A DNA stretch of 64,000 bases. Source: Eledone cirrhosa. Taxonomy: Eukaryota. The position numbers and the translations under genes are program-made. Shown here piece by piece: positions 25,534-39,178 of this stretch (position 1 is the first letter of the stretch; every line of letters begins with the position of its first letter). Under the pieces are notes generated by a model. That model had not been told where the DNA came from. It did no database searches and saw only the letters and a program-made list of their open reading frames with translations. The stretch lies in the NCBI GenBank assembly GCA_964016885.1, contig OZ024749.1, positions 34,968,001 to 35,032,000 of the forward strand, written 5' to 3'.

Positions 25534-25876
25534 AACTCTGGATGTCGGTGAGCATGTCCAGCCAACCTCAGTCTCCTCTGTGTCACTTTTGAGCTGACTT
25601 TTGGGATGCTCCCATACAGCTCTGAGTTTTTCATCCTCAGTGTATACTGATTAATATTCAGAGCCATCCTCAGCATTCTCGTGTAGCACCCATCCAGTGC
25701 TCCTTTGGGAGCCCCTACATGGACACACTAGAAGAGGAAGACCAAGGTTAACATATGTTGATGCCCTAAGGACAGACAGTGGTCTGTTGGAGATGCAGGA
25801 TATGGCAGCGATAATGAGGGACAGAGACCGCTGGAGAGAACTCGTCCATGGATCTCGGGAATTTTACCCGCCTTAG
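25531..25876. mobile_element. RTE-group LINE insertion with a 5' inversion
   Basis: 25531-25700 (-): LDGCYTRMLRMALNI...ELYGSIPKVSSKVTQRRLRLAGHAHRHPELT; 25702-25876 (+): LWEPLHGHTRRGRPRLTYVDALRTDSGL...WRELVHGSREFYPP*; (TA)n flanks. Confidence 0.85.
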
Positions 25877-25935
<59 letters not shown>

Positions 25936-26439
25936 TGTATATATATATGCTCATCCTGGGATACCGCCTACGGATGCAATTAATTTGCACCCCCTAATAC
26001 CTGATATATATATATATACATACACATATGTATGTGTGTATAGATATATATTTCATCTTTCGCTTTCTTTCAAAATATAACAGAAAAAAATATACTAAAT
26101 GCAATTATACAGCGGATCAACTTTTTCAGTGTTAGTTAGTCTTAAGACTTCTTGTGTAGAAAGCTTCCGTCAGCATGGTTGATCTGCTGCAGTTCTCTTC
26201 CCCTGACGCTCCCTGTCCAACTGGTTCCTGTGTGTCTGATGTCCTGTTCCAGAAGTAGACTGGGTTTTAAAACCGTTTCTATGGAAACTTCAGTTCAAAA
26301 AATATATTTCCCAAATAATTTAATCTCTTATGATATATGATTATGTTCAAGAACCATTGTGGAGATCTGAGTTTATTGGTAAGTTATAGTACATAATGTA
26401 CTGAAGCAAATTGGGTCTTAAAACTGGCCCGGATACCGG

Positions 26440-26978
26440 GGAGACACTAACTAACTGACTGCTGGCTGCTGAGGGCCAGATTGGGGTTTTCACTGCCCAG
26501 AGCTAAGGTGACTCTGACTAACAGACCACTGACTGCTGAGGGTCAGAAATGTGTTTTTCATAGCTCAGAGCTAAGGTGATACTGACTAACAGTTTCTGAC
26601 TGCCGAGGGTCTGAAGTGGGTTTTCACAGCTTAGCTAAGGTGACACTATGTGACACTAAATAATAAACTACTGATTGCTAAAGGGCTGGGGTGTTTCACA
26701 GCTTAGCTAAGGTGACACTGAATAACAAACTGCTGACTGCCGAGGGCCACAGGTGTTTCATAGCTTAGCTAAGGTCACACTGACTAAAAACTACCAATGG
26801 CTACAGATGTGTTTTCATAGCTTAGCAAAGGAACACTGACAAACAGACAATTGAGAGCCAGAGGTGTGTTTTCATTGCTCAGCTAACGTAACACTGACTA
26901 ACAGGCAGTTGAGGGTCTGAGATGTGTTTTCACTGCTCAGCTAAGGTAACACTGATTTAACAGACTACTGAGGGCCAA
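26440..26978. repeat. Diverged minisatellite of 57-66 bp, about 9 units (AGCTAAGGTGACACTGACTAACAG...GAGGG)
   Basis: Direct inspection. Confidence 0.85.
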
Positions 26979-27009
26979 AGGTTTTCGTGAATTTTTTTTT
27001 TTTTTCATC

Positions 27010-27165
27010 TTTGCTTCTCCCTCAACCAACCGGACCACTTGATGTTGCTCAAATGCCTGTTTTGCCAGTCTACCTCTGTGTCCACTTGGAATGTTTGACA
27101 CCAGGTGTTCTTGAGCCGGTCTCTTCTCGGCGTTCCCTTTTCCCGGCGTGTCCATGACATGAGAG
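27010..27165 (-). mobile_element. Decayed RTE-group LINE 3' fragment
   Basis: Frameshifted MSWT(P)G...RRDRLKNTWCQTFQVD resembles the RTE W.P..KR.RGRPK.TW motif. Confidence 0.5.
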
Positions 27166-27725
27166 AAATACGAGGTAAAAATAAAGAACAAAAACACGTG
27201 AAATCTGTTGACGAAGTTCTGCTGGAAATCAAGTAGACAAATACAGACAATCACCACCTTTATTTATTTTATTGAACACTTCTTCAAGATTAATGACATT
27301 TTAAGGAGAATGCAAACTAACAGGGAACATGATATGATGATGGAGGTGGTGGTGGTGGTGGTAGATGTGGTGGTAGAGGTGATGGTTGTGGTAGCGCTGA
27401 TGGTGGTAGTGGTGGTAGATGTGGTGGTTGTGGTAGTGTTGATGAAGGAGGGGGGTTGGGTGTTGATGGTGGTGATGGTTGTATTGCTAATGTGGTGGTG
27501 GTGGTGGTGGTATTGATGGTAGTAGTAGTGTTGTTGTTGGTGGTGGTGATAACGGTATGGTGCTGTTGGTACTTGTTATGTTGTTGTTGTTATTATTATT
27601 GATGGTGGTGGTGGTGGTTACGGTGGAAAGTTGGAAGGGGGAAAATTGGACAAAAATGTATTTCCTGGGTCCAGTTTTTATAGAGCCTAACATAATCTAA
27701 TCTACATTGAAAAAAACTCATTGAA

Positions 27726-27816
<91 letters not shown>

Positions 27817-27832
27817 GGTAGTAGTAGTATTG

Positions 27833-27867
<35 letters not shown>

Positions 27868-27981
27868 CTGGATTACAAACCAGACGACCGGGTGTTTTAT
27901 TTAAAGAAGAAAGAATAGAAAACCATTTTGTTTAAGGATTTTATATCTTTTCCTCCAAATATAATGGCTGTTGATATAACT

Positions 27982-28532
27982 ATGGTGGCGGTGGTGGTGG
28001 TGGTGTTGGTATAGCGATGGTGTCGGTGGTGGTGGTGTAGTGTCGGTGGTAGTGGCGGTGGTGGTGGTGTTGGTGTTGGTATAACTATGGTGTCGGTGGT
28101 ACTGGTGGTGGTGGTGGTGGTGTTGGTATAGCGATGGTGTCGGTGGTAGTGGTGGTGGTGGTGTAGTGTCGGTGGTAGTGGTGGTGGTGGTGTTGGTATA
28201 GCGATGGTGTCGGTGGTAGTGGTGGTAGTGGTGGTGTAGTGTCGGTGGTAGTGGTGGTGGTGGTGGTGTTGGTATAGCGATGGTGTCGGTGGTAGTGGTG
28301 GTGGCGGTGTAGTGTCGGTGGTAGTGTTGGTATAGCGATGGTGTCGGTGGTAGTGGTGGTGGTGTAGTGTCGGTGGTAGTGGTGGTGGTGGTGGTGTTGG
28401 TATAGCGATGGTGTCGGTGGTAGTGGTGGTGGTGGTGGTGGTGGTGTAGTGTCGGTGGTAGTGGTGGTGGTGGTGGTGTTGGTATAGCGATGGTGTCGGT
28501 GGTGGTGGTGGCGGCGGTAGTGGTAGTGGTGT
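27982..28532. repeat. (GGT)n-based minisatellite with GTTGGTATAGCGATGGTGTC / GTAGTGTC anchors
   Basis: Direct inspection. Confidence 0.9.
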
Positions 28533-28795
28533 TTGGGGAGCGTTACACCTAGCAAGTATGTAATATCAGGATCAGGATGATGATGATCATCATCATCATT
28601 GTCATCATGGTTGTTGTGTTTAGGCAAGGTTACACTTGGTAAACAATCACATCATTATCTTCATCATCACCATCGATAGATGATTGCCTTCATTGAGCTA
28701 TTTAACTATGAAACATCAGCTCAGTTCATCGAGTGTAACTAAACATCATGTATGTCTATAATAAACACACACACAATTATACGTGTGTATATATA

Positions 28796-28830
<35 letters not shown>

Positions 28831-28858
28831 AAATAAGTAAATAGAGTATATATATATG

Positions 28859-28932
<74 letters not shown>

Positions 28933-28962
28933 TAAAATAAGTAAATAGAGTATATATATATG

Positions 28963-29017
<55 letters not shown>

Positions 29018-29338
29018 ATATATATATACTCTATTTACTTTGGGAATAACACATTGTTGGCTTTGGAATTTTGTTCCATTCATGGAACCTTCACCAATTT
29101 CCGATTTTATAGTCCACTTCCGCTATTTCTCTCTACTTCCACTTCCGTTCCTATTAATTACTAAACTTCATTAATGTCCTATCTCACTTTCTCATTGGTT
29201 CTATTGCCTCCCTATTGGTTTAAATTCGCTGTATGTTATGTTGATTATCTTCAAAAGGTACAGGTGTAGCTGAAGTTCTCAGTTCTGTCCCACTGTCGGA
29301 CATCTTGTATTAATGTCTTCTACTCTAATTTTACATTG

Positions 29339-29534
29339 CAGACTTGTCAATTCTCCCTGTCTGACGGAGAGATTTCCCACCTACTTTGAGGTGGGTGAGA
29401 GAAATCTTCTCTTGTAAAAATAGGTATAGCTTTTCATTATGTAAAATCTCCTCATTTTGCCCCATTTCTCCCTGTTTTGGGGCATATTCTTTCATGGTAC
29501 TCCTCGTTTGGTTTTTTTAGAAGTCGGCAGATAT
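29339..29534. mobile_element. CAGACCTGYCAA MITE (copy 3)
   Basis: Homology to copies 1 and 2; ACATTG on both sides. Confidence 0.75.
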
Positions 29535-30239
29535 ACATTGACTAATGACTTGTTGGTTTAATTGGCTGCACAGAATCTCTTTTAAAGCTCGTAGATTGGA
29601 CTATATCTGATTCAAAGGACCATTCTTGCCATACACAATCACACTGAATCTCCCCGAAAACTATGTTATAGGTACATGTGCCTGTTGAATGCTCGCACAC
29701 TTCCACGTTAATTTCACAAGCAGGTTATTTCTTTGATCAAATAACTAGACCACTCACCGTTGGAATTGACGGAGGTCCAACACACAACATTACGTTGGTC
29801 CCAAACCATCTTCTATTGATGACTGGCTGATGCAGTCTCTTCAGGCCATATTGAAATCCACAGAATCTTTTCACCGACCAATCTTTGATTAGTCTACTTA
29901 ACTAAGCCTCTTTGATTGAATATCGATTTTTCTTCTCACTGAAACATGTTACACAAAGGTAAATTAATATGGTACTAAATTAATAACAGCAACAATATTG
30001 GCGACAACAATAAAGAAAATACAACAACAACTAAGATAATAACAACAATAATAACAATAAAAATAGCAATTGATGCAGGCATGGCTGTGTGGTTAAAAAG
30101 TTCGCATCGCTGTCACGTGGTTCGGGTTCAGCGTCTTCTATTATAGCATAACCACCCCGAGTGGTGACCAATACCTTGTGAGTTTGTTGAGTGAGTTGGA
30201 ATTTGGCCGGAGTATCGCTATTAGCTTTCTCCGATTATG

Positions 30240-30394
<155 letters not shown>

Positions 30395-30433
30395 GTATAT
30401 ATATATATATAAACATATATATATATATATGTC

Positions 30434-30465
<32 letters not shown>

Positions 30466-30468
<3 letters not shown>

Positions 30469-30858
30469 AGCGAAACCTCAACATATTTTTCCCACGATGG
30501 TTTTTCTTAGCCTACCTCTTAACGACTAGCAATAGACTGGCCTGTTACCTCAGAGCCAAAAACCTAGACAATGTGCTCTTGTAGGAAGCTCAGGGCACAA
30601 GAGTGTCCGACAAGAGGACAGTTGAAAATGCCATCAGTTTAATGTTTCCGGGCGACCTAAATCACATATATGCAAGAGATTTCGACCTCAAAGACACATT
30701 CTGCTTTTCGACTCGGCAAAATATAGTCTGCTTCTCGACTCTGCAACAAACAGTTTGTTTAGTCTGCCTAGCAATGTAAATACACACACTCGTTAACTAT
30801 TCCTGTTGGAATCGGCACTAGCTGAGATCACTACCAGGTTAGCAAAATATTACTACTA
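30466..30858 (+). mobile_element. Possible solo LTR
   Basis: Begins TGTAG, ends near CTAC(T)A; about 390 bp of unique, more GC-balanced sequence; no second copy and no TSD seen. Confidence 0.3.
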
Positions 30859-31249
30859 GTAAATATTAGTACATTTGCACACATAACATACTGTATCTAT
30901 ACGTGTATCTACACGTGCATTTTTTACCGATTTTCATTGCTGCTCATGATGTCGAAGAAAATAATGTTACAGATAAAAACATTTGGATTAGTGGCGTCAT
31001 GTTTATTTGTTAATTCTTATCCGTGTGGTTTGGGAAAACCATTTCCCACACGGTAATGTTACTTCACGCCACAACAATCGAATACAATTACTTGTTTCCT
31101 CGAACATGGCAAAACTTGTCTCAACTCACCGAGACATACGTCACTAACTCACTTGCCCTTACTCGACCAACAAGCTACTGACTCATACCATCCAACAAAT
31201 GAACTAAACAGACAAACAAACAATCCTCTTTTCCATTATATATATAGAT

Positions 31250-31441
31250 ATATGAAAAGAGTCAGGACCCCGACGACTGAGCTCCGGCTGTTTCGACAGC
31301 TAAATCGGATCTAGCTGTCGAAACAGCCGGAGCTCAGCCGTCGGGGTCCTGACTCTTTTCATATTATCCACTCTACTACCCTAAGTATCGAGTACTCTGG
31401 TGCGTTATGATCCACCTGGTATCTTACCACATCTTCTTTGT

Positions 31442-31443
<2 letters not shown>
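31250..31443 (+). mobile_element. Half-hammerhead fold-back family, complete copy
   Basis: Arms of about 57 bp spanning 31250-31364, then the family tail ending in (TA)n. Confidence 0.85.
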
Positions 31444-31481
<38 letters not shown>

Positions 31482-31723
31482 TACATACATACATACATAC
31501 ATACATACATACATACATACATACATAGACTACAATAGAAGATGGACTGTACCAGTAATTCAAAGGAAACAGCCTTTGTCACACCGTACCACGACTACTC
31601 TTCTTGAATACTACGTAAAAGGTACACGTGTCTATGGATTGCTCAACCACGTTTAGTGCAGGACCAAGCTGTTTTGTTGTTGGAATAACTGGAACACTCA
31701 TCGTCAAAACCGACGAAGGATCC

Positions 31724-31844
<121 letters not shown>

Positions 31845-33137
31845 TCTCACACTCATACAGATGCACACACACACACTTTAAATGCGGAATTGTATTTTAA
31901 CGCTCGTCTATCACGAAGATCGAATTACGAAGGCATCATCTATGATTTTATTTTTTTATGGGTCTTTAATAGTTCCCCAGTTTAATGTCTGTTTTACCGA
32001 CAATCTTCTTTCCTTCTTTTATTCTATTGTATTTTACAGCTTCGTTAGGTTCCTCCAATTTCAAGCCATTGATTTTCTGACCACACCAAAATAACGTATT
32101 ATGTCCACCCACTGTGAATAATGCCTGTTTATCGTACCCGACGACTATACATCTACTTAACCCCGTCTATTGATATATCATATAACATAGTATTTCAAAG
32201 CTGACTAGTCTATGTACATACATACATACATACATACATACATACATACATACATACATACATACATACATACATACATACATACATACGCTTATGTATG
32301 TATGTATGTATGTATGTATGTATGTATGTATGTATGTATGTATGCACAGAGAGAGTGAAAGAAAGTTCTGCTGTCTGAATATGGCGAATGGGGAAGATAC
32401 TCCAATTAACTTAGAATATCCTCGCAATTGCCAGACCAAAACCTCCTTTGGGCTTGTTCGGTCATCGAAGCTAGCAAGAAAGATAACTCCTATAGCACTG
32501 GCTAATTTAAGCCTTTCAAGAGAATTCAGAGGGAGCGGACATCGTTTCTAAGCCAACTTAGTAACAGCAATGAACATGTTTCGATCTTATTAGAGCTTCT
32601 CAGCGAAACATATTCACTTTATGCACATTTTTTTGTAAAGGCACATACCCTTGTGATTGGGTTGTTATAATTACAGCGCGTTGTGTTCTTGAGCAAGACG
32701 TTACATTTCATGTAACAACATGATAGGACTTATCATTACAACACCTAGAAAACATCTTTAAAAGGCAAACTTCATGAGGCCAGCTAAACCTATACAGATG
32801 TGAGCTGTGACAACAATATAAAAGGATAGGGACCTTATCATTAAAACACCCAAGAACACACCTATGTAATACAACCTTGTAGGAGGTCAGCTAAACCTAC
32901 ATCGGTGTGAGCTGTAAATTTTGTCTCTTTTTCAGGTAAAAAGTTCGACTTGTGCATCAAAACATTTCTATTTGGTCGTGAAAAAAATGTTTAGGAATCC
33001 ATGTTCGCTTTAGAAGATAGGGATCCAGCTTGGCACCAAGCCAGGACTCCATTGACTGAAAATAGTAAAAATAATTTCGAAAGTGTAGGGAAAATATTTT
33101 TTTCCCTTTCCTCTTGTGGATCACATTATTTCAGAAT

Positions 33138-33321
33138 GGTGGATTGGCAGTATCGGTAGAGGGTCTGACGCTATGCTTTGCAGCAAAGAGTCACGGCCCT
33201 TTATGGTCTGAGTTCAAATCCCGCCGAAGTTAACTTTGCCTTTCATCCTTACGGGGTCGATAAAATAAAGTACCAGTAATACATTGGGATAATTGCTGGC
33301 CTTGTGCCAAAACTAGAAACA
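33138..33321 (+). mobile_element. SINE family A
   Basis: 13-bp TSD ATTATTTCAGAAT at 33125-33137 and 33322-33334. Confidence 0.92.
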
Positions 33322-33640
33322 ATTATTTCAGAATATAACTTCATATATAATTATTTCAGAATATAATTTCATTTGTTTGGGCATAATCTTCCTAAGGTGA
33401 ACAAAAAGTCTTTACTTGATTGTCCTACATGTCATCAGATAACATTTAAAATGTATTTTTCTTAGGATATCTTCATGACAAAACGTCAGACTATTTGAAC
33501 TACTACTTCAAAGCTGTGACAACATAGTAAGAAAAAAAAAAAATGGTTTCTGATTTAAGCAAATCAGCAATTGGGTCGGGTGGGGGAATAGTTGCTTACA
33601 TCGACACCAGTATTTAACCGGTATTAAGTATTTCATTGAC

Positions 33641-33823
33641 GGTGGATTGGCAGTATCGGTAGAAGTTCGGACGCCATGCTTTGACGCATAGAGTTACGGC
33701 CCTTGCCATTCTGAGTTCAAATCCCGCCGAGGTTAACTTTGCCTTTCATCCTTACGGGGTCGATAAAATAAAGTACCAGTAATGTACTGGGTAATTTCTA
33801 GCCTTGTGCCAATAGTAGAAACA
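33641..33823 (+). mobile_element. SINE family A nested in an older antisense relative (33544-33965)
   Basis: 18-bp TSD ATTAAGTATTTCATTGAC at 33623-33640 and 33824-33841. Confidence 0.92.
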
Positions 33824-34239
33824 ATTAAGTATTTCATTGACACCGTAAGGATGAAAGGCAAAGCTGACCTCGGCGGGATTTGAACTCAGAACTTAGCAAA
33901 GAGTCATAACTAAATACCTCACGGCAGGGCATTTTGTCCGACGTTCAAACGAATCTCTTAATCTACGGCCTTTCCTACTAACTACACGAATACATATAAG
34001 TGCATTTCCGTACCAAAGGGGAAGAAGGAATGTAAGATACGGCCCTTCTGTTTTAGACAGGGCTCTTCTCTCCCCCACAACCCACCTCAAAGGGAACGGA
34101 GATAGGAATGTGAAATATTTGATGTCAGTTCAACTTTTAACCGTGATTTCGTCAGTAGGCTGAGGGAGAGTTAACTGACATGTCAGATTGTCGTCACCTT
34201 ACTGTAATTGTCGGGGACGGAAATGGAAACAAGCTTCGC

Positions 34240-34786
34240 CACCACCATCATCACCATCGCCACTACCACTACCAACATCATCACCACCATCATAATTACC
34301 ACCACCACAACCAGCGGTCACCATTGCCATCACTACCACAACCACAACCAGCGGTCACCACTGCCACCACCACCACCACCATCACAACCAGCGGTCACCA
34401 CTGCCACCACCACCACCACCACCACCACAACCAGCGGTCACCACTGCCACCACCACCACCACCACAACCAGCGGCCACCACTGCCATCACCACCACAACC
34501 ACAACCAGCGGTCACCACTGCCACCACCACCACCACCATCACAACCAGCGGTCACCACTGCCATCACCACCACCACCACCATCACAACCAGCGGCCACCA
34601 CTGCCATCACCACCACCACCACAACCAGCGGCCACCACTGCCATCACCACCACCACCACCACCACCACCAGCACAACCAGCGGTCACCACTGCCATCACC
34701 ACCACCACCACCACCACCATCACAACCAGCGGCCACCATTGCCATCACCACCACCACCACAACCAGCGGCCACCATTGCCATCACC
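34240..34786. repeat. (CAC)n-based minisatellite with ACAACCAGCGGYCACCACTGCC anchor
   Basis: Direct inspection. Confidence 0.9.
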
Positions 34787-35470
34787 CCCCTCCCCTACTC
34801 TCTCACTAACACTCCTTCCCACTCAGTCTATCCATCATCTACTTCAATATCGACCTATCAGAAGGAGGGAGACACTGCTGTCGCCACCTTCCTGCAATCT
34901 GTACTTCTTCTCGTGTATGAGTTGTTCGCTTTGATCGAGATCAGAGACTAGTGATCAGTTTCCAGGGCCTACCACGAGGAGGTCGACAAACTTGGGCCCC
35001 AATCTCTGTCTGTAGAGATGTGTCTCTGTAGGCCTGTGTGTGAGTGTGTATGTATGTGGAGCTGTGTGTGTCTGTGTGTATGTGGAGGTGTATGTTTGCA
35101 TAGGTGTCAGTGTACATGTGTAGGCGTCTATGTGAGAGTGTGTGAGTCAGTTTAAGCCAGAGAGAAACAGGTTACCTCTTCTACACCTGATTCCCCTTAA
35201 CGCCATGATAAATGGCTGTTGAAGGGGACATCTTACTAAAGTGTAGGAGGAGCAGATGTTATGGTAGGAGAGGGGAATAGAGGGACAGAAAGAGTGAGGT
35301 GGACAGATATATATATGTATATACATGTAGAGAGAGAGAGAGAGAGGGGGGATATGGGCAACAGAGAGAGAGGGGAGAGAGCGATTGAGATAGGAAAATA
35401 GAAAGAAAGCTAGAAATAGAGAGCGATGGTGACAAGACAGAGGAAAATAGAGAGAAAGCTAGAGAGATAG

Positions 35471-35555
<85 letters not shown>

Positions 35556-35865
35556 CGAAGATAATTTGAGAGTTCAGGACAAAATGGTAATGGGGAGGGG
35601 ACTAAAATGCACTTCCGGTCGATGAGAATTTGCATAGAATGATCGATGGTTCTGTACAACAGAAGACAAGACAGATCAAAATCTACTTTTTTATGTATTT
35701 TCTTGTCTATCTCTTTCCCTCTTTCTGTCTCTGTCTTTTATATTTACTTGTCTATCTGTCATCTCTGATATCTATAAAGATATCTATCTATCTATCTACC
35801 TATAACATTATGGAACCCTTATTCTCGTGTATATTTGGGGTGTTTTCAGTCTAGCTCTGTCAAAA

Positions 35866-36055
35866 ATAATTGTTTCTACTTTTGGCACAAGGCCAGCAAT
35901 TACCCAGTGCATTACTGGTTCTTTATTTTATCGACTTCGTAAGGATGAAAGATAAAGTTAACCTCGACGGGATTTTAACTCAGACCGTAAAAGGGCCGTA
36001 ACTACACTGGAAAGCGTGGCGTCCGACCCTCTACCGATACTGCCAATCCACCGCC
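35866..36055 (-). mobile_element. SINE family A
   Basis: Homology to 4689-4874. Confidence 0.9.
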
Positions 36056-36077
36056 CTGCAACAATAATGGTGTTAAT

Positions 36078-36525
36078 TCAAATGTTCATAGTATCTTTAC
36101 CAGTGGACAGATTGTTGTGAACATTTGGAATATTAAAGTAAATACTTCAAGTTTTAGTGAGATGCAGTTTTAGTGATGTTTTATACGAAATGTTTATATT
36201 ATCTTTACTGGTGAATAGATTGTTGTGCAATATTAGAGTAAAAACTTTTAAATTTAATCTGATGCAGTCTTAGTAGTGTTTTACACTAAGTGTTTATATT
36301 ATCTTTACTGGTGGATAGATTGTTGTGCAATATTAGAGTAAAGACTTTAATTTTTAATGTGATGCAGTCTTAGTGATGTTTTATACTAAATGTTCACTAA
36401 TGAGCAGATATTTGTGAAAATTTGCAGTCTTAGTGTAAAGACTTTAATTTTTAATGTGATGCAGTCATAGTGCTGTTTCGTACTTTTTAATGTGGTTTCA
36501 TGTGGTACAGGAACATAAATAGTTA
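36078..36525. repeat. Four tandem 100-bp units ending in a TTAA terminus; relatives at 20570-20772 and 58200-58323 (piggyBac-like end)
   Basis: TATCTTTACTGGTGGATAGATTGTTGTG...AATGTGATGCAGTC repeated; each locus ends ...AGTTAA. Confidence 0.6.
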
Positions 36526-37040
36526 AAAGACATACATGTTTGCAATTTTTATACAAATTTAAAAAATTTTTTTTTTTTAATAAAGAGCCTCCAAATTTTT
36601 TATAGCTTACTTAGGGCATCAGCAAAACAAAATACTGACCAGCAACGATGAGACATTGCAATGGTAGGTGATCATCATCATCAGCATCAGCATCATCATC
36701 AACATCACTACCACTATCATCATCATCATCATCATCATCATTATCATCCAACCACCAACATCTTTATCATCATCGTCCTTATCATCACCAACGTCCTTAT
36801 CATCTTCGTCATCATCATCATCACCACCAACAACATCATCGTCATAATCGTCACCACCACAACCACCACCATCGTCACCACCACCACCACCACCACCACC
36901 ACCACCACCATCGTCAACGTCATCATCTTCATCGTCATTATCGTAATCATCATCATTACAATCATCATCACCACCACCACCACCACCACCACCACTACCA
37001 CCAACACCACCGTTATCATCATCGGCATGATCATTATAAC

Positions 37041-37078
<38 letters not shown>

Positions 37079-37510
37079 CCACCACCACCACCACCACCAC
37101 CACCACCACCACCACCAAGACAACACAATGGCGGTGTGATGCGGAGTCGTTTGGAGCGGTCGAAGACGGTGTCGTGTGTATGAAGTTAAGATGATGATTA
37201 TGTGTAGTTGAGCAGGTAATGAGAGGAGGGATGGGGATGGGGGGGGGGGGGGGGCGTAGGGTAGGGGGGGGCTGGTGGTGGGGGTACGGTGGCGGGTCTG
37301 TGTTGGATGGTGTGGTGAGTGTGGGTCATTGAGGGGTTGGAGACTAATTATATCGGAGAAGGAGGAGGAGGAAGTTGATGACAATGCTGGTGGTGGGGGT
37401 GGGGGTGGGGGTGGGGGGTGGGGGAATGTCGTCTTCGCTGATTTACACACACAATGATTCATCAACGATGCTGTAAAGAGAACACATGTCCAGGCAGGTT
37501 ACCTACCTTG

Positions 37511-38090
37511 TGTGGGGGGGGGGGTACGTATGGTGTAGTGTGTGGGGGGGGGGTACGTATGGTGTAGAGGGCGGCGATGGTGTAGTGTGGGGTGTGTGTC
37601 TGTGGGGGGGGGGGGGTACGTATGGTGTAGTGTGTGTGTGGGGGGGGGCGTATGGTGTGGTGGGGGGGGGGGGGGGTACGTATGGTGTAGAGGGCGGCGA
37701 TGGTGTAGTGTGTAGGGGGGGGGGGGGGGGTACGTATGGTGTAGAGGGCGGCGATGGTGTAGTGTGGGATGTGGGGGGTACAAATGGTGTATAGAGGACG
37801 GCGATGGTGTAGTGTGGGGGGTACGTATGGTGTAGAGGGCGGCGATGGTGTAGTGTGTGTGTGGGGGGGGGGGGGGTACGTATGGTGTAGAGGGCGGCGA
37901 TGGTGTAGTGTTTGTGTGTGGGGTACGTATGGTGAAGAGGGCGGCGATGGTGGGGTGGGGGGTACGTATGGTGTAGAGGGCGGCGATGTTGTAGTGTGTG
38001 TGTGTGTGGGGGGGTACATATGGTGTAGAGGGCGGCGATAGTGTAGTGGGGGGGGGTACGTATGGTGTAGCGGGCGGCGATGGTGTAATG
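37511..38090. repeat. G-rich minisatellite (Gn-TACGTATGGTGTAGAGGGCGGCGATGGTGTAGTG)
   Basis: Direct inspection; strongly strand-skewed. Confidence 0.9.
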
Positions 38091-39178
38091 TGTGGGGTGT
38101 ATGATGTAGTGTGTGTGGGGTATGTTTGTGGGGGGTATGTAGGGCGGTGGTGGTGTAGTGTGCAGGGTGTATGGTGTAGTGTGCAGGGTGTATGGTGTAG
38201 TATGTGGGATATATTGTGTAGTGGGTGGGGTGTATGGTGTAGTGGGTGGCTGGTATGGTGTAGTGTGTGGGCTATTTTGTGTAATGGGTGTGTGTATGAT
38301 GAAGTATTTATGTTGGTGCGTGTGTAATGTGCGCGGGGTGTATGCCTGTGGTGTGTGGAAAGCATGTGTGTGTGAATGTATATGTGTGTGTATGTGTGTG
38401 CGTGTATGTGCGTGTGTGTGTGTGCGTGTGCATGTGTGTGCGTATATGTATGTGTGTGCGTGTATGTGCGTGTGTGTGTGTGCGTGTGCATGTGTGTGCG
38501 TATATGTATGTGTGTGCGTGTATGTATGTGTGCGCCTGTATGTATGTGTGCGCGTGTATATGTGTGCGTGTATGTATGTGTGTGCGTGTGTATGTGTGTG
38601 CGTGTATGTATGTGTGTGTGTATGTGTATGTGTGTGCGTGTATGTATGTGTGTGTGTGTATTCACCTCACTTCCCACCAGTAGAATTGAGGATGGTGATG
38701 AAGATGATGAAAGGGAGGATGGACGGAGGAGATGGGTGGAGATAGAGAGAGGGGGTGAAGAGAGATAGGGGGTGGGTGGGTGGAGAGAGAGAGCGGGAGG
38801 CTCTATGGAGGAAGTAGGTGGAGAGAGATGTAGGGGGAAGGCTATACGGAAGAGGTAGGTGGAGAGAGAGAGGGGGAGGCTCTACGGAGGAGGTGGGTGG
38901 AGAGAGAGGGGGGTGAAGAGAGAGAGAGGGGGCTCTACGGAGGAGGTGCAGGAAGATGGGTGGGCGTGAGAGAGGGTGAGGGGTACTACTGAGGTTTGTG
39001 AATCACCCCCAGAAAACATTGAAATATCCTCAATTGCAGAGAAATTTCTCAGGTTGGTTTCTCATCATTTGTTGATTGTGACTGTGTATGAGGGGTGGGA
39101 GAGGAGGAGAATTGGTGTAAGAGGGAGGGTGTAAGAGAAATATAGATATGGGCGGCGTATGCATGCGAGAGAGAGAGA

